This document shows, one piece after another, positions 10,401-30,749 of a stretch of 64,000 nucleotides of DNA. The position numbers were made by a program, and so were the translations under genes. Positions within the stretch are counted from its first letter, which is position 1; the number at the start of each line of letters is the position of its first letter. The stretch lies in assembly GCA_963771175.1 (NCBI GenBank), contig CAVYSY010000045.1:32001-96000 (forward strand), written 5' to 3'. The notes below the pieces were generated by a model. It was not told where the DNA came from. It saw only the letters and a program-made list of their open reading frames with translations, and made no database searches. The DNA comes from an uncultured delta proteobacterium (GTDB lineage Bacteria; Myxococcota; Myxococcia; Myxococcales; Myxococcaceae).

Positions 10401-13400
10401 GTACAGGTGATGATCGAAGCCCTGGAGCGCCGTCTCGCGGGTCTGCTCCAGGAGCTGCTGGAAGGTGAGCCCGGGGGAGATGCGGCAGCGCATGGGGAGC
10501 GCGGTGGCGAACAGGCCGAGCACGGGCTCCAGGGACTCGTCGGCGCGGTTGGCGATGGGGGTGCCGATGGCGAAGTCGGACTGGTTCGTCAGGCGGTGGA
10601 GCTGGAGGTTGAGCACCGCCAGCAGGTAGAGGAATGGGGTGAGGTTGTTGGCGGCCAGGAAGGGGTCCACCGCCGCGCGCACGTCCTCCGGCATCACCCG
10701 CGTCAGGGTGTCCCCGCGGAAGGTCTGAAGGGCGGGCCGGGGAAAGTCCGTGGGGAGGTCCAGCGCTGGGGGCACGGGGGTGAGCTGGCGCACCCAGTAC
10801 TGGCGCTGGTCCTCCAGCAGGCCGCCCTGGATGGCGGAGTTGAGCCAGCGCGTGTAGTCCAGGTAGTCGATGGGGAGCGCGGGCAGCACCGGCTCGCTGC
10901 CGGTGTGGTAGGCGCGGTACAGCGCGCTCAGCTCGCGCGCCATGCTCATCGTCGACGTCTCGTCCCAGAGGATGTGGTGGGTGGCGAAGACGAACTGGAA
11001 GCGCTTGCCCGGGAACTCCGCCAGCTTCACGCGGAACAGCGGCGGGCGCTTGAGGTCGAACGGGGCGTTGCTCTGCTCGTCCACCAGGCGTCGGATCTCC
11101 TCCTCCACCCGCTCGGGGGGCACGTCGCGGCGATCGATGTAGATGTCCTTCTGGGAGATCTCCAGCCGCGGCAGCACCCGGTGCACGGGGCGCCCGTCCT
11201 CGTAGGCGAACCAGGTCCGGAAGACCGTGTGCCGGTCGAAGAGCGTCTGCCAGGCGCGCGTGAAGGCCTCCAGGTCCACGTCTCCGACGAGCTGCACGTC
11301 GCCGACGGTGACGTTGTAGAGCGCGCTGCCGGGGTTCAGCTCATACATGTACCACTCGGGCAGCTGCAGGGCCGCGAGCGGGTAGGACTCCTGGGCGGGC
11401 AGCTTCACCAGCGGGTGGCGGTGGAGCAGCGGGGCAGCGCCCTCACCAGCGGTCGCGCCTTCGCCCCCGCGCGGCTTCTGTTCGAGGTACCGGGCCAGCT
11501 CCTCCACCGTCTGGTAGTCGAAGAACTCGCGGATGGACAGCTCGATGCCGAGGCTCTTGCGCAGCCGGGAGATGATCTGGATGGCGACGAGAGAGTGACC
11601 GCCCAGGTCGAAGAAGTTGTCGTGCACCCCCACCCGCGGCATGCCCAGCAGCTCCCGCCACTGGGTGGCCACCTCGGCCTCCAGGGGAGTGCGCGGCTCA
11701 TCCCCCTCGCCGGACTCCTGGGCCTGGAACTCCTCCGGGGAGGGCAGGGCCTTGCGATCCACCTTGCCGTTGTGGGTCAGCGGCAGGGTCTCCATCACCA
11801 CGAAGGCCGAGGGCACCATCGCCGCGGTGAGCTGCTCCTTGAGGAAGTCGGCCAGCGCCTTGGGCGTCGGCTTCGCGCCGGACTCCTTGGGCGCCACGTA
11901 CGCCACCAGCCGCTTGCCCTGGCCCCCGTCCTGCCGGGCCACCACCACGCACATCCCCACCTCGGGGTGCCGCCGCAGCGCCGATTCGATCTCTCCCAGC
12001 TCGATGCGGATGCCGCGGATCTTCACCTGGTGATCGTTGCGGCCCAGGAACTCGATCGTCCCGTCCGCCAGGTAGCGCACGAGGTCTCCCGTGCGGTACA
12101 TGCGCTCGCCCGGGGTGGAGGAGAAGGGGTTGGGCACGTAGACGCCCGCCGTCTTGGCCGGGTCTCCCAGGTAGCCGCGGCCCACGCCCACGCCGCCGAC
12201 GCACAGCTCCCCGGGCACGCCCAGCGGCACCGGCCGCAGCCACTCGTCCAGCACGTAGATCTGGAGGTTGGGCAGCGTGCCGTTGATGGGCATCCACGGC
12301 TGTTGCTGGGACGGCGCCTGGAACATCTTGTAGTGCGTCACGTCGTCCGAGCACTCGGTGGGCCCGTAGGCGTTCACCATGGGGATGTGCGGGTAGAGCT
12401 GGAACCACCGCACGCACATCTCCGCCGGCAGCGCCTCACCATTGAGGAAGAACCAGCGCAGCGCCGACAGGTCGTACTGCCCCCGGCGCGTCTCCAGCTC
12501 CTCCAGGATGAGCTTCATGTGGGCCGGCACCGTCTCCAACACCGTGACGTGCTGGCGCGCCATCTCCTTCATCAGCCGTTCCGGCTCCCAGGCGCTCTCG
12601 TCCTGGAAGACGGCCGTGCACCCGCCGCACAGCAGCGCCGCCAGGAACTGCCACACCGACACATCGAAGCTCTGCACCGCCACCTGGGCCACCACATCCC
12701 GCGGGCTCAGCTGAAGGTCGAACACCTTGGCCAGCAGGTGGTTCTTCATCCCCCGGTGCTCGATCATGGCGCCCTTGGGCAGACCCGTGGAGCCCGAGGT
12801 GAAGAGCACGTACGCCAGGCTCTTGGGCTGCACGTGGTGCTCGGGGTTGTGCCGCGGGTGCTCCTCCTCCTGTACCTGCTCCAGCGTCAGCACCGGCCGC
12901 CCCGCCGCCACCTCCTGGGCCAGCGACGTGTGTTTCTGCTCGCTGAGCACCAGCATGCACCCGCTCTGCTCCACCAGTCCCGCCAGTCGCTGCGCCGGCA
13001 GTGCCGGATCCAACGGCAGGTAGACCGCGTCCGCCTTGAGCACTCCCAGCAGGCTCGCCAGGTAGCCCTCGCCCCGGTCCTGCACCACCCCCACCACCCG
13101 CTCCAGCCCCGCACCTCGCGCCCTCAGCGCGTGCGCCACCTGGTTGGCCCAGGCGTTGAGCTGCTGGTAGCTCAGCGCCCGCTCCTGGCACACCACCGCC
13201 ACCGCGTCCGGCGTGCGCTCCACCTGCTCCTCGAACAGCTCGCAGAACAGCGAGGGTCCCTCTGCTTCCGGGCGCCTCGTCCGGTTCCACTCCTCCACCA
13301 CCCGCCGCCGCTCCGCCTCGCCCACCACCGGCAGCTCCCACAGCCGAGCCTCGGGGCGCGCCACCGCTCCGGCCAGCAGCACCTGGTAGTGCTCCATCAT

Positions 13401-14759
13401 CCGCTCGATGGTGCTCGGGTCGAAAAGGTCCGTGTTGTACTCGGCGATGGCGGACAGCCCGTCTGGGGTCTCGCTCATCCCCACGACGAGGTCGAACTTC
13501 GCCGTGCCGGTCTCCAGATCCTCGGGGCTGAGCTTGAGCCCGGGGAGCTCCACCTTGGGGGCGGGTGCATTCTGAAGCTCGAAGAAGACCTGGAAGAGGG
13601 GCGTGCGCGTCAGGTCCCGCTCCGGCTGCACCGCCTCCACCACCCGGTCGAATGGCGCCTCCTGGTGCGTATACGCCTCCAGCGTCACCTTCCGCACCCG
13701 CTCCAGCAGCTCGCTGAAACGCGGGTTGCCACCCACCTGCGTGCGCAGCGCCAGCGTGTTGATGAAGAAGCCGATCAGCTCCTCGATCTCCGCCCGGCCG
13801 CGGTTGGCCACGGAAGTGCCCACGACGATGTCTTGCTGCCGGGTGTAGCGGGCCAGCAGCGCGTTGAAGCCAGTCAGCAGCGTCATGAACAGCGTGGCGC
13901 CCTGCTTGCGGCTCAGTGCCTTCAAGCCCTCCATCAGCTCACGGGAGAGGGAGAACCTGTACAGCGCTCCGCGGGCGCCCTGCATGGGCCCGCGCGGCCG
14001 GTCCGTCTTCAGGTCCAGTGGCTCCACGCCCACGAGCTGCTGCTTCCAGTACTCCAGGTGCTTGTCCAGCACCTCGCCCTGGAGCCACTGCCGCTGCCAC
14101 AGGGTGTAGTCCACGTACTGCACCTTCAGCGCACCCAGCGGCGACGGCTGCCCCGCGCTGAAGGCCGCGTACAGCGTCCCCAGCTCCTTGAAGAACACGC
14201 CCACCGACCACCCATCCGACACGATGTGGTGCATGGTGAACAGCAGCACGTGCTCGGTGGGCTCCAGCTTGAGCAGCTGGGCCCTCACCAGCGGCCCCTT
14301 GCTGAGATCAAACGGCCTGCGCGCCTCCTCGCCGCCCAGGCGCTGGACCTCCGTGGCCCGCGCCCCCGGCTCCAGTGCGCTGAGGTCCAGCACCGCCAGC
14401 GGCAGGAGCACCGGCTCGCCGATGCGCTGCACCGGCAGGCCCTCTTCCTGCTCGAACGTGGTGCGCAGCACCTCGTGTCGCGCGACGATCTCCCCCAAGC
14501 TGCGCTCCAGCGCGGCCACGTCCAGCCGTCCGCTGAGCCGCAGCGCTCCCGGCACGTTGTACAGTGCGCTGCCCGGCTCCAGCTGATCCAGCACCCATAG
14601 GCGCTGCTGACCGAACGAGAGGGGAAAGCTCTTCTTCCGCTTCTTCTTCTTGGGAGGCGGGACCGCGGCGGAACTCGCCTCGGGGGCGATGGGATCCGCT
14701 TCATCATGAGTGGGACTGCCGCGTCGCTGCGCCTCGCCTCCAGCCTTGGGCTGACTCAT
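7407..14759 (-). CDS. NRPS, C-A-T-C-A(GNAT-interrupted)-T, no TE
   Basis: HHIVSDGWS, FTSGSTGLPKG, YGPTE, GGHSL; second module HHILWDETS, YTSGTTGTPKG, GGHSI. Start placed at ATG 14759; the ORF extends to 14807. Confidence 0.95.
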   Translation of the reverse strand: MSQPKAGGEAQRRGSPTHDEADPIAPEASSAAVPPPKKKKRKKSFPLSFGQQRLWVLDQLEPGSALYNVPGALRLSGRLDVAALERSLGEIVARHEVLRTTFEQEEGLPVQRIGEPVLLPLAVLDLSALEPGARATEVQRLGGEEARRPFDLSKGPLVRAQLLKLEPTEHVLLFTMHHIVSDGWSVGVFFKELGTLYAAFSAGQPSPLGALKVQYVDYTLWQRQWLQGEVLDKHLEYWKQQLVGVEPLDLKTDRPRGPMQGARGALYRFSLSRELMEGLKALSRKQGATLFMTLLTGFNALLARYTRQQDIVVGTSVANRGRAEIEELIGFFINTLALRTQVGGNPRFSELLERVRKVTLEAYTHQEAPFDRVVEAVQPERDLTRTPLFQVFFELQNAPAPKVELPGLKLSPEDLETGTAKFDLVVGMSETPDGLSAIAEYNTDLFDPSTIERMMEHYQVLLAGAVARPEARLWELPVVGEAERRRVVEEWNRTRRPEAEGPSLFCELFEEQVERTPDAVAVVCQERALSYQQLNAWANQVAHALRARGAGLERVVGVVQDRGEGYLASLLGVLKADAVYLPLDPALPAQRLAGLVEQSGCMLVLSEQKHTSLAQEVAAGRPVLTLEQVQEEEHPRHNPEHHVQPKSLAYVLFTSGSTGLPKGAMIEHRGMKNHLLAKVFDLQLSPRDVVAQVAVQSFDVSVWQFLAALLCGGCTAVFQDESAWEPERLMKEMARQHVTVLETVPAHMKLILEELETRRGQYDLSALRWFFLNGEALPAEMCVRWFQLYPHIPMVNAYGPTECSDDVTHYKMFQAPSQQQPWMPINGTLPNLQIYVLDEWLRPVPLGVPGELCVGGVGVGRGYLGDPAKTAGVYVPNPFSSTPGERMYRTGDLVRYLADGTIEFLGRNDHQVKIRGIRIELGEIESALRRHPEVGMCVVVARQDGGQGKRLVAYVAPKESGAKPTPKALADFLKEQLTAAMVPSAFVVMETLPLTHNGKVDRKALPSPEEFQAQESGEGDEPRTPLEAEVATQWRELLGMPRVGVHDNFFDLGGHSLVAIQIISRLRKSLGIELSIREFFDYQTVEELARYLEQKPRGGEGATAGEGAAPLLHRHPLVKLPAQESYPLAALQLPEWYMYELNPGSALYNVTVGDVQLVGDVDLEAFTRAWQTLFDRHTVFRTWFAYEDGRPVHRVLPRLEISQKDIYIDRRDVPPERVEEEIRRLVDEQSNAPFDLKRPPLFRVKLAEFPGKRFQFVFATHHILWDETSTMSMARELSALYRAYHTGSEPVLPALPIDYLDYTRWLNSAIQGGLLEDQRQYWVRQLTPVPPALDLPTDFPRPALQTFRGDTLTRVMPEDVRAAVDPFLAANNLTPFLYLLAVLNLQLHRLTNQSDFAIGTPIANRADESLEPVLGLFATALPMRCRISPGLTFQQLLEQTRETALQGFDHHLYPSVLSIQEVNPQMDLSRNRLFSVMYGVQNNKTKLASELRFEGLELRYLTNMATPEFQNARFDLTFIVEQFGNDTIVSLNYNSDLFRRESVERMLEQFFSLAAETARAPGKPLADYRLLTAEAETRWLRELSGPTHAFEQQEGLTARLSAQARATPDAVALEHDSGTLTYRALDEASDRWARWLLARGMRPEERVAVLLEPSLDLGIALLAILKAGAAYVPLNPDHPAERHEHVLTQAGVRTVLTHGSLQAPALRDRPGVFRMEEHGAEVSALPTGAPMRVLAEQLAYVLYTSGTTGTPKGIEISHLGVHNLIDSTQREYGLKAGDTVLFITPVDFDASVLDFFWPLAFGARVVLPQPGENKDPARIAARVARHQVTAFQTVPLMLDALIQAQLAGELPPLPSLRLLICGGAYLTRELRDRALAALPCRLANHYGPTEVTVDATRFPCAAPVSTELVPIGRPLDNTRALVLDTALRLVPPGVKGELFISSPGLARGYAEDPVRTALQFVPDPYSAVPGARLYRTGDLGRYSEDGQLHYVARVDKQVKIRGNRVELEEVEGRLAAHPAVDRCLVRHQQAPGGGDTLVAYLELHERFVRLGDDRHYRLFTLSQRPELRRAADTLHAESWPEYFLGNCAMRTFWPRLSAEFPEYQLAVLDEKDTLVGVGNALPFSWNGTLETLPRGWDDAIERAFAGASRGEHPDTLMLLAAVVSTNAHGQGLSSFLLKAMKHLAHAQGLERLVAPVRPVDKTARPEESVEEYCLRRREDGQLDDRWLRTHERMGARVLRVEPRSQRIEASVEDWQRWAGRTFPASGDYVVRDTLRPVHIDLEAGMGEYYDPSVWMEHPHAPAAEYLWRPVEARTLRQELRDSLPDYMVPEHFRFLSALPLTPSGKVDERALPELPLGPREPERAVPPQGPVQERLAALWCDVLGLPSVGVTDDFFELGGHSIHAIRLMARINEAFQANLALRDLFRERTILGLEKRLAAAPVAPGQESVA
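11743..14609 (-). repeat. Inverted repeat copy (C-A didomain); partner at 26763-29626
   Basis: Reverse complement largely identical to 26763-29626 over about 2.87 kb, with short divergent patches. Confidence 0.9.
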
Positions 14760-14941
14760 TTCGGGGCGGCATACTCGGTGCTCATCCCAGGACAGGTCAA
14801 CGAACATTCACGAGGCTGGCCTGTTTCTCTAGAAATCTAGTATAGGCGGGGTTCGCAGGTATGCGCGTCCTACGCCCCTCGGAGTGGCCTAGGGGGGGAT
14901 TGCTGCTCACTTGGGTGTTCCTGCTCACCGCCATCGTCGAC
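14760..14941. promoter_or_regulatory. Divergent promoter region of the two NRPS arms
   Basis: Intergenic gap between head-to-head genes. AT-richer core TTTCTCTAGAAATCTAGTATAG with a short dyad CTAGA-AA-TCTAG. Confidence 0.5.
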
Positions 14942-17900
14942 ATGACTTCTGCTCGAATTGTCTCGTCTCCGCCGCCCGGTGTCCTCACGTTGGTCGATCT
15001 CGCTCGAGTCCGCGCCGAGCGGACCCCGGAGCAGACGCTCTACCTCTTCCTGGAGGAGGGCGGCTGGGAGGAGCAGCGCATCACCTTTGGGGAGTTCGAT
15101 CGGCGGGCGCGAGCCATCGCCAGCCGCCTTCAGGCGTTGGGGGCCGAGGGTGAGCGCGCGGTCCTCCTGTTCGCTCCCGGGGTGGACTACATCTGCACGT
15201 TCTTTGGGTGCCTCTACGCGGGAGTGATCGCTGTTCCGGCCTATCCGCCGGATCCGGCGCGCCTGGGCCGCAGCCTGCCCCGCCTGCAGGCCATCGCCAC
15301 GGATGCCAGGGCCCGGTTCGTCCTCACCACCTCCTTTATCGCCTCCATGGCCGAGTCGGTGTTCGAGCTCGCGCCGGAGCTGCGGGCCATGCACTGGCTG
15401 GCCACGGACGAGCTGGAGCACCAGGATGCGGACGCGTGGCGGGCGCCGGGGATCCGCCCGGAGGGGCTGGCGTTCCTCCAGTACACCTCCGGCTCCACGG
15501 GGATGCCCAAGGGGGTGCGGCTGAGCCATGGGAACCTGCTCCACAACCTGGAGCTGATCGCTCGGGCCTTCGAGACCTCGGAGGAGTCGAAGGGCGTCAT
15601 CTGGCTGCCGCCCTACCATGACATGGGGCTGATCGGTGGACTGCTCCAGCCGCTCTACCGGGGCTTCCAGGCGGTGATGATGTCGCCGCTGGATTTCCTG
15701 TCCCGCCCGCTGCGCTGGCTGCAGGCCCTCTCGCGCTACGGCGGGACGGTGAGCGGCGGGCCGAACTTCGCGTTCGACCTGTGCGTGCGCAAGAGCACGC
15801 CCGAGGAGCGCGCGGCGCTGGATCTGCGCTCCTGGCGGGTGGCGTTCAGCGGCGCGGAGCCCATCCGCCCGGAGACCATGGATCGCTTCTGCGAGGCGTT
15901 CGCGGTGGCGGGCTTCCGCCGCGAGGCTTTCTATCCCTGTTATGGGCTGGCGGAGGCGACGCTGCTGGTCTCCGGTGGCGAACCCAGCGAGCCGCCCCTG
16001 CTCGAGAGCTTCGACGCCGCGGCCCTGGAGCGCGGGCAGGTGGAGCGTCGGGCGGAGGGCGGCCGGGCCCTGGTGAGTTGCGGCCGGACCCGCGAGGGGC
16101 TGGAGGTGCTCATCGTCGATCCCGAGCAGCGCACCCGCTGCGCGCCGGGGCGGATCGGCGAGCTCTGGGTCGCGGGCGGGAGCGTGGCGGGGGGCTACTG
16201 GGACAGGCCCGAGGAGACGGAGCGCCAGTTCCAAGCCCGGCTGGCGGATGGGAGCGGCCCCTACCTGCGCACGGGGGATCTGGGCTTCTTCCAGGGCCCG
16301 GAGCTGTTCATCGCGGGGCGGCTGAAGGACCTGCTCATCATCCGTGGCCGCAATCACTATCCGCAGGATCTCGAGTACACCGTGGAGCGCAGCCATCCGG
16401 CGCTGCGTCCGGGGTGCTGCGCGGCCTTCTCGGTGGAGGTGGAGGGAGAGGAGCGGCTGGTGGTGGCGCAGGAGGTGGATCTGCGCAAGGCGCCCGATCT
16501 GGAGGAGGTGGGGGCGGCCATTCGCCGGGCCGTGCAAGAGGCCCATGAGCTGCATGTGCATGTCGCCGTGCTCCTGAAGCCGGGCACCATTCCCAAGACG
16601 ACGAGCGGGAAGATCCAGCGCCACGCGTCGCGCCGCGGCTTCCTCGAGGGCACGCTGGACGAGGTGGGCCGCAGCCAGGTCCACGCGGGACCCTCCCAGG
16701 AGGAGCCGCCCGCCGTCGAGGCCGCACAGGTGCTCGCCGCCACGGGGGCCGAGCGCACGGCGCTCCTCACCGCGTACCTCCAGACCCTGCTGTCGCGGGT
16801 GCTCGGGGGCTCGGGGGCCCGCGTCGACCCGGAGCGTCCCGTCCTGGAGCTGGGGCTCGACTCCCTCATGGCGCTGGAGGTGATCCATGTGCTGGAGCGC
16901 GAGCTGGGCGTGAGGCTGTCCTTGAAGGCGCTGCTCGAGGAAGTCTCGCCCCGCCAGCTCGCGGAGCGGCTCGCTGCCGCCGTCACCTCTCCGGCGCCGA
17001 TCGCCCCCCCGCCTGGGGCCGGCACGCGCACGGTGTCCCATGGGCAGGAGGCACTCTGGTTCCTTCACCAGGTAGCCCCCGAGAGCGCCGCCTACAACCT
17101 CTTCAGCGCGGTGCGCATCCGCTCCACTGTCGACGTCGAGGCCCTGCGCGCCGCGTTCGAGGCGCTCTCCCGGCGCCACCCGGTGCTGCGGACCCTCTAT
17201 CCGGTGCGCGACGGCGCGCCCACGGCTCAGGTGCTCGACGGGCCTGTGGACTTCGAGCGGGTCGAGGCCTCGGGTCTGGACGACATGGCGCTGCGGGCGC
17301 TCGTCTCGGATGAGGCGCACCGGCCGTTCGATCTCGGCCGTGGACCGGTCTTCCGGGTGCGGCTGTACGCACTCACGGACGAAGAGAGCGTGCTGCTGCT
17401 CGCGGTGCACCACATCGCCGCGGACCTCTGGTCCCTGATGGTGTTGCTGTCCGAGCTGCGCCAGCTCTATCCCGCGGCCCGTGAGCGGCGAGCGCTGGAG
17501 CTGCCAGCTCCGCTGGCGAGCTACGCGGACCATGTCCGCTGGCAGGAGGCGCTCCTGGAGGGTGAGGAGGGGGAGCGCCAGCGGACGTATTGGCGCACGC
17601 GGCTCTCGGGCGAGCTGCCGGTGCTCTCGCTGCCATTGGATGGCCCGCGGCCTCCGGTGCTGGGGACGTCCGGCGCGGCCCACCGCTTCCGGCTGGAGCC
17701 GAAGCTCGCGTCCCGGCTGAGGGCGCTGGCGCGTGAGGAGGGCACGACCCTCTTCACGGTCCTGCTCGCCGCCTTCCAAGTGCTGCTGTCCCGGTTGAGC
17801 GGGCAGCAGGAGGTGCTCGTCGGCAGCCCGGTGGCGGGCCGGAGCCTGGAGCGGTTCGGCTCCGTGGTGGGGTACTTCGTCAACCCGCTGGTGCTGCGCG

Positions 17901-20292
17901 CGGAGCTCTCCGGAGCACCCACCTTCCGCGAGTTCCTCGGGCAGGTCCGCGGCACGGTGATGGGGGCGTTGGAGCACCCGGACGTGCCTTTCTATCAGCT
18001 GGTGAAGGAGCTGAAGGCGCAGCGGGACGCGAGCCGCTCGCCGCTCGTGCAGGCGATGTTCGTGCTGGAGAAGCCCCACTCGCGCAGTGAGTCGTCGATC
18101 GCGGGCTTCGTGCTGGGGGACGAAGGCGCCGAAGCCGAGCTGGGTGGGCTGCGTCTGGGCGCCTTTCCGCTCGTGACGCGGACCGCGCCGTTCGAGCTGA
18201 GCCTGCGCATGGCGGAGGTGGGAGAGGCGCTCTCCGGGGCGCTCGAGTACAGCACGGAGCTGTACGAGGGATGGAGGGTGGAGGGGATGGTCCGGCAGCT
18301 GGTGGAGGTGCTGGAGCAGGTGGTGGAGAGGCCGGAGGAGAGGGTGGGCCGGTTGTCGCTGGTGAGGGGGGAGGAGAGGAAGAGGCTGCTGGAGAGAGGG
18401 AAGGGGAAGGAGGGCAAGTACCCGAGGGAGGCGAGCATCGGGGAGGTGCTGGAGGAGGTGGTGGAGCGTGCGCCGGGGGCGGTGGCGGTGGTGGGGGGAG
18501 GCAGGGAGGTGAGCTACGGAGAGTTGAACGAGAGGGCGGAGAAGCTGGCGCGCCGGCTGAGGGCGAGGGGAGTGGGACCGGAGCAGGTGGTGGGGTTGAT
18601 GGTGGAGAGGTCAGTGGAGCTGGTGGAGGGGATGGTGGGGGTGGTGAAGGCGGGAGGAGCGTATCTGCCGCTGGATCCGAAGCAGCCGAGAGAGCGGCTG
18701 GAGTACATGCTGAGGGACGCGGGCGCGCGGGTGGTGGTGACGCAGGGGAAGTGGAAGGGGCAGGTGGAGGGGCAGGGCTGGGAAGTGGTGGTGCTGGAGG
18801 AGGAGGAGCCGGAGGCGCAAGGGGGAGGGGAGGCGGTGGAGGTGGACGCGCGGGCGGTGGCGTATGTGATGTACACGTCGGGCTCGACGGGGCAGCCGAA
18901 GGGGGTGGCGGTCACCCATCGTGGCGTCGTGCACCTGGTGCGCGAGTGCAACTACGCGAACCTCTCCCCGGATGACGTCGTCCTGCAGTGGAACACGATG
19001 ATGTTCGATGCCTCGACTTTCGAGGTCTGGGGCGCGCTGCTCAACGGGGCACGGCTGGTGGTGAGCCCGCCGGGGCTGGCTTCGCTCGCGGAGGTGACGC
19101 GGCTCATCGCCGAGCAGGGGGTCAACACGGTGCTGACGACCGCGGCCCTCTTCCAGCAACTGGTGGACCACCAGCTGGAGGGGCTGCGCCCATTGAAGCA
19201 GCTGTTGGCTGGCGGGGACGCCATGCCGCCGGTACAGGCGAAGCGGCTGCTCGACACGCTCCCCGGCACGCGGCTCGTCAACGTCTATGGGCCCACGGAG
19301 AACGCGGTCTTCACCACCTGCCACACGCTCCAGCGGAGCTACGACGCGCGCACCAGCGTCCCGCTCGGGGTGCCCGTGGATGGCACGGACGTGTACGTGC
19401 TGGATGAAGAGCTGGAGCCAGTGCCGGAGGGAGTGGTGGGGGAGCTGTACGCGGGAGGAGACGGACTGGCGAGAGGGTACGTGGGGAGGCCGGAGCTGAC
19501 GGCGGAGAGGTTCGTGCCGGACCCGTACGGGAAGCCAGGGCAGAGGCTGTACCGGACGGGAGACCTGGCGAGGTGGAGGGGAGATGGAAGCCTGGAGTTC
19601 GTGGGGAGAGCGGACACGCAGGTGAAGGTGAGGGGATTCCGGATAGAGCTGGGGGAGGTGGAGGGGGTGCTGGGGAGCCATCCGGAGGTGAAGGCGGCGG
19701 CGGTGGTGGTGCAGGGAGAGGGAGCGGAGGGGAAGAGGCTGGTGGGCTTCGTGGTGGGGAAGGGGGAGGGAGGAGTGGAGGTGGGGGGAGTGAGGGAGTA
19801 CCTGGAGCAGAGGCTGCCGGAGTACATGGTGCCGAGCCTGCTGGTGGAGGTGGGGGAGTTGCCACTGACGGGCAACGGGAAGGTGGACCGCAAGGCGTTG
19901 GTGGGGAGGGTGGGAAGGCAGGAGGTGGCGGGGAGCAGCACCTACGAGGCGCCGAGGGACGAGACGGAGCAGAAGCTGGCGCAGCTGTGGGGGGAGTTGC
20001 TGGGGCTGCCGCGCGTAGGCATCCACGATGACTTCTTCGAGGCGGGCGGCCATTCCCTTCTCGCTACGCGGCTGGTGGCGCGTGTGCAGGAGGCCTTCGG
20101 CGTGGCGCTCCCCATCCGTGCCCTCTTCGAGGCCCGCACGGTGGCTTCCCTGGCTCCCCTCCTGTCGCGCCCCGAGCAGAGCGCGCCCGCTCCGCGCAAC
20201 GAGATCAAACGGATTTCTCGAGACGCACATCGTATCAAGCTGTCCCAGATCAAACCTTCTTCCGGCTCCAAGTCCGGCGGTGATTCACAGGC

Positions 20293-20296
<4 letters not shown>
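14942..20296 (+). CDS. Lipopeptide-initiating NRPS: FAAL-ACP-C-A-T
   Basis: FAAL motifs LAFLQYTSGSTG.PKG, WLPPYHDMGLIG, PCYGLAEATL, GRNHYPQDLE; ACP LGLDSL; C HHIAADLWS; A; T GGHSL. Start placed at ATG 14942. Confidence 0.95.
18242..20067 (+). repeat. Direct repeat copy 1 (A-T segment); copy 2 at 21562-23387
   Basis: Near-identical purine-rich sequence at a constant offset of 3320 bp, except a central ~450-bp divergent block. Confidence 0.9.
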
Positions 20297-29987
<9,691 letters not shown>

Positions 29988-30008
29988 CCCATGGTGAAGG
30001 AACCTCTC

Positions 30009-30749
30009 ATGTCCTCATCCCCCGCACGCTCCCAACGCTCGTTGGGGGCGCTCCTCACCGCGTGGCTGCGGGGGGAGCGCGCGGGGAGGCATTCGGAGCC
30101 GGGCGCGGTGTGGGCCTGCTTCGAGCGCCTCCACGCGTATGAGCCGAAGGTGCTCAGCTGGGTTCTGCCCGTGCCGGGCCTGGACCGGCGGTACCTGATG
30201 CTGGCCTTCCACACCGACTTCCTGCGCCGCTACACCGGCCACGAGGTGGTCCTCTTCGGAGAGCGCGAGTTCCTCTACTACTGGCTCCCCGGCGCCCGGC
30301 AGAACGCCACGGGCCATGTCTCGCCGGGCCACCATGCGCTCCTGCTGCACACCCGGACGGAAGGGCTGCGGCTGCGCCTGGAGCTGGAGAAGAGCGAGGA
30401 TGGGGCCCTCTCGGTGGGCGAGGTGGCCGTGACGCCGGAGGTGGCGCTCCCCGAGCGCACGGTGCTCTCCCCTCGCTCGCTGGACTATGGGCGCTACTTC
30501 CTGCCGGAGCTCGAGGCGGTCGTGATGATGTGGCTCACCTGGCACGCTCAGGCGCTCCACATGGGGGTCCTGAGGCCATCGCCTGGAGAGGCGGAGCGGC
30601 TCGCGGAGTTGGTCGAGCCCTGCCGGGCCCTGAACCCGGCCATCCGCGCCAGGGCGGGTGAGCTGCTCACCCGCCTGCCCCGCGCCACGCGCTCTCACCC
30701 GGTGCTGGAGGGCGTCCGGGTGCAGACGAAGAACTTCCCGAGCACATGA
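30009..30749 (+). CDS. Hypothetical protein
   Basis: ORF directly after the NRPS, GC-rich third codon positions, AAGGAA upstream of ATG 30009 (alternative start 29991). No motif recognised. Confidence 0.6.
   Translation: MSSSPARSQRSLGALLTAWLRGERAGRHSEPGAVWACFERLHAYEPKVLSWVLPVPGLDRRYLMLAFHTDFLRRYTGHEVVLFGEREFLYYWLPGARQNATGHVSPGHHALLLHTRTEGLRLRLELEKSEDGALSVGEVAVTPEVALPERTVLSPRSLDYGRYFLPELEAVVMMWLTWHAQALHMGVLRPSPGEAERLAELVEPCRALNPAIRARAGELLTRLPRATRSHPVLEGVRVQTKNFPST

Noticed and set aside
10407..14600. 1397-aa plus-strand ORF (likewise 14870-18079, 25509-29771, 36422-40948, 47689-49938, 57579-59798)
   Set aside because: Antisense shadow ORFs of well-supported genes, expected in high-GC DNA; no recognisable motifs.
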